A DNA stretch of 20,000 bases from an uncultured virus (IMG/VR IMGVR_UViG_3300045131_001195) (lineage: Duplodnaviria; Heunggongvirae; Uroviricota; Caudoviricetes), in the IMG/VR virus record IMGVR_UViG_3300045131_001195, positions 55,523-75,522 of that record; one strand, written 5' to 3'. The notes below the pieces were generated by a model. It was not told the DNA's origin. It saw only the letters and a list, made by a program, of their open reading frames with translations, and ran no database searches. The number at the start of each line of letters is the position of its first letter. Position 1 is the first letter of the stretch. A program made the position numbers and the translations under genes. Positions 18,424-20,000 of this stretch are shown here, one piece after another.

Positions 18424-19401
18424 TTAAAATAAATCATCTTCTGTTATGCTCTTGCTTTTTTTATTATAATCCACCGATTTCTTATAGAAGAAATCCCCCT
18501 CCTTTGTTGATAAAATCTCCACATCAAACCATAACGTCTTCTCAATCTCTGTAAAATCAACCTCAAATACTGGCTTCATTCCAATTCTACTTAATGAGTT
18601 GTTAAATCTATTCTGAATGAAATGTTTAATTGTATCTTTTGATAAGAAACTTAATTCACCATTTTCAAATATCCAATCTAGTATTCCACATTCAGCAGCA
18701 TATGCTTTATGACAAGCAGAAACAATCAATTCCTCAAATTCAGCATCAAACCATTCTGGGTTTTCTTCCTTGATAATATTGATAAGTTCTGAACCAAAAT
18801 TACCATGAATTTCTTCCTCCTTTGAGGTTGCCTCAACCACATTTGAAATACCCTTGAATAGATTTTTCTCCTTGTTAAAGGACATCATAATTAAAAACTG
18901 GCTAAATAAACTCACATGTTCAATAAATAATGAGAACAACAATATAGACTTTGTGTACATTTTATTCTCCTTACTCCTTGTACCATCCAAATATTTTGAT
19001 AGATAACTAATTCTATTCTTTATGGCAGGGATTTCAATAACTGATTTAAACTCATCTTCTAATCCAAGAATTCGTAATAATTGTGCATAAGCATCCTTGT
19101 GTCGAACTTCGCTTTCGGAGAACGTCATACCAACATCACCAATTTCAGTTATTGGCATTCTCTTGTATAAGTCAGCCCAGAATGTTTTGACATTCACCTC
19201 AATTTGTGCAATAGCCAACATTGACCTTTTAATAACTTCCCTCTCCTCATTTGATATTTTTGTTTTATAGTCATCAATATCAGTTGTGAAATTAAATTCA
19301 CTGTGCAACCAGTAAGCATGTCTTATAGCATCCTTATATGCTAATAAAGATGGATATTCATAAGGCAAAATATTTACCCTCTTTTCAAAAATGTTCTTCA
19401 T
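18424..19401 (-). CDS. nrdB: Ribonucleotide reductase class I beta subunit with class Id (NrdBi-like) signatures
   Basis: 325-aa ferritin-like protein with ligands E68, E98-x-x-H101, E161 and E196-x-x-H199, plus Y105 and K72, and a C-terminal DFF...Y...DDLF tail. Directly upstream of nrdA. Confidence 0.96.
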   Translation of the reverse strand: MKNIFEKRVNILPYEYPSLLAYKDAIRHAYWLHSEFNFTTDIDDYKTKISNEEREVIKRSMLAIAQIEVNVKTFWADLYKRMPITEIGDVGMTFSESEVRHKDAYAQLLRILGLEDEFKSVIEIPAIKNRISYLSKYLDGTRSKENKMYTKSILLFSLFIEHVSLFSQFLIMMSFNKEKNLFKGISNVVEATSKEEEIHGNFGSELINIIKEENPEWFDAEFEELIVSACHKAYAAECGILDWIFENGELSFLSKDTIKHFIQNRFNNSLSRIGMKPVFEVDFTEIEKTLWFDVEILSTKEGDFFYKKSVDYNKKSKSITEDDLF

Positions 19402-19423
19402 ATTCCTTTTTTTATTTGGTTAA

Positions 19424-19431
19424 GATAAATA
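19424..19431 (-). promoter_or_regulatory. Putative phage promoter box, variant TATTTATC
   Basis: 22 nt upstream of the nrdB ATG at 19401, followed by an A-tract. Confidence 0.4.
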
Positions 19432-19479
19432 TAAAACCAGAAAATAAAAGTATTCAATTTTAATTATAAAATCAAATTT

Positions 19480-20000
19480 TTATAAAAAATTATCATTGCT
19501 ATTTTTCTTAACCAATAACTCCTTAATCCTTTCTTTCTTACGTTCAACTTGTTGTTCTTCAAATCCAAGGAATGTTGCGGTTGTATCTGTATCAATTTCA
19601 AGCATTTCATTATCAAACTTGCAATTCTCAAATACTATACCATCTTTTCCAATCCTTGATTTGGTAATGGCAACTGTGGCCAAATTCATCTCCTTTTGCT
19701 GAAGACTTTTTGCAATACTAATAATAACGTGTCCAACCTGGGCTTTCTTAATTGAACCCCCCATCTGGTCGTTTGTTACCACATTTGCAGAAATTGAAGA
19801 CCGATTTCCTTGTGTACCAAGCCATCCAGCAATATTTAACTCATGGCACATTGCCTCAAAATGACGTATAACAGATCCCTCATTTTTCCACTCATCATTA
19901 CCTTGTCTATCAGGTACAACACAATCAATATAATCCAAAACAACCAAATCAAGTTTAATACCATCAGCAATAACCTTTCTAATTTGATTCTTAATCTGAT
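19480..20000 (-). CDS. dnaB: DnaB/T4 gp41-like SF4 replicative helicase, C-terminal part (5' end outside the window)
   Basis: Frame is open to the window edge (QIKNQIRKVIADGIKLDLVVLDYID). Walker B VVLDYID, H3 GTQGNRS, H4-like MGGSIKKAQVGHVII and arginine finger KSRIG are present. Confidence 0.88.
   Translation of the reverse strand, partial: QIKNQIRKVIADGIKLDLVVLDYIDCVVPDRQGNDEWKNEGSVIRHFEAMCHELNIAGWLGTQGNRSSISANVVTNDQMGGSIKKAQVGHVIISIAKSLQQKEMNLATVAITKSRIGKDGIVFENCKFDNEMLEIDTDTTATFLGFEEQQVERKKERIKELLVKKNSNDNFL

Noticed and set aside
2294..19702. The many short ORFs (61-115 aa) nested in or antisense to long genes, e.g. 3526-3873, 7748-8014, 15124-15387, 17804-18013, 19496-19702
   Set aside because: They lie within, or almost wholly overlap, longer well-supported CDSs, have no recognisable motifs and mostly use non-ATG starts.
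1..20000. Stop-codon reassignment as in some large Bacteroidota phages
   Set aside because: Genes are long and uninterrupted in the standard code; nrdA ends at TAG right after its expected CxxC tail and the 196-aa gene ends at TGA.
16786..20000. Intron, intein or homing endonuclease in nrdA, nrdB or the helicase
   Set aside because: All three frames are continuous and of minimal length, with no splicing, HNH or LAGLIDADG motifs in the visible parts.

Overview
AT-rich (visually about 25-30% GC), densely coding segment of a large tailed dsDNA phage, probably a myovirus with a Bacteroidota host. Nearly everything is on the minus strand. From right to left: the C-terminal part of a DnaB/gp41-like helicase; nrdB and nrdA, a ribonucleotide reductase with class Id (NrdBi-type) signatures and no ATP cone; a bidirectional terminator; one small plus-strand gene with an N-terminal 'IRLTE..L..LVKRIVE' motif; and a tightly coupled baseplate/tail operon. 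The operon comprises gp25-like, gp6-like, a 1700-aa protein with an internal multi-helix hydrophobic block, several hypothetical virion proteins, a Thr/Pro-repeat protein, a Cys-rich Fib_succ_major-domain protein, a PKD-like protein, a probable gp7-like wedge protein and a truncated SprB-repeat protein missed by the ORF track. A TATTTA-core motif lies 11-22 nt upstream of the gene start in each of the larger intergenic gaps. No tRNA, rRNA, CRISPR array, reverse transcriptase or transposase was seen. All family calls come from recalled motifs, not database searches.
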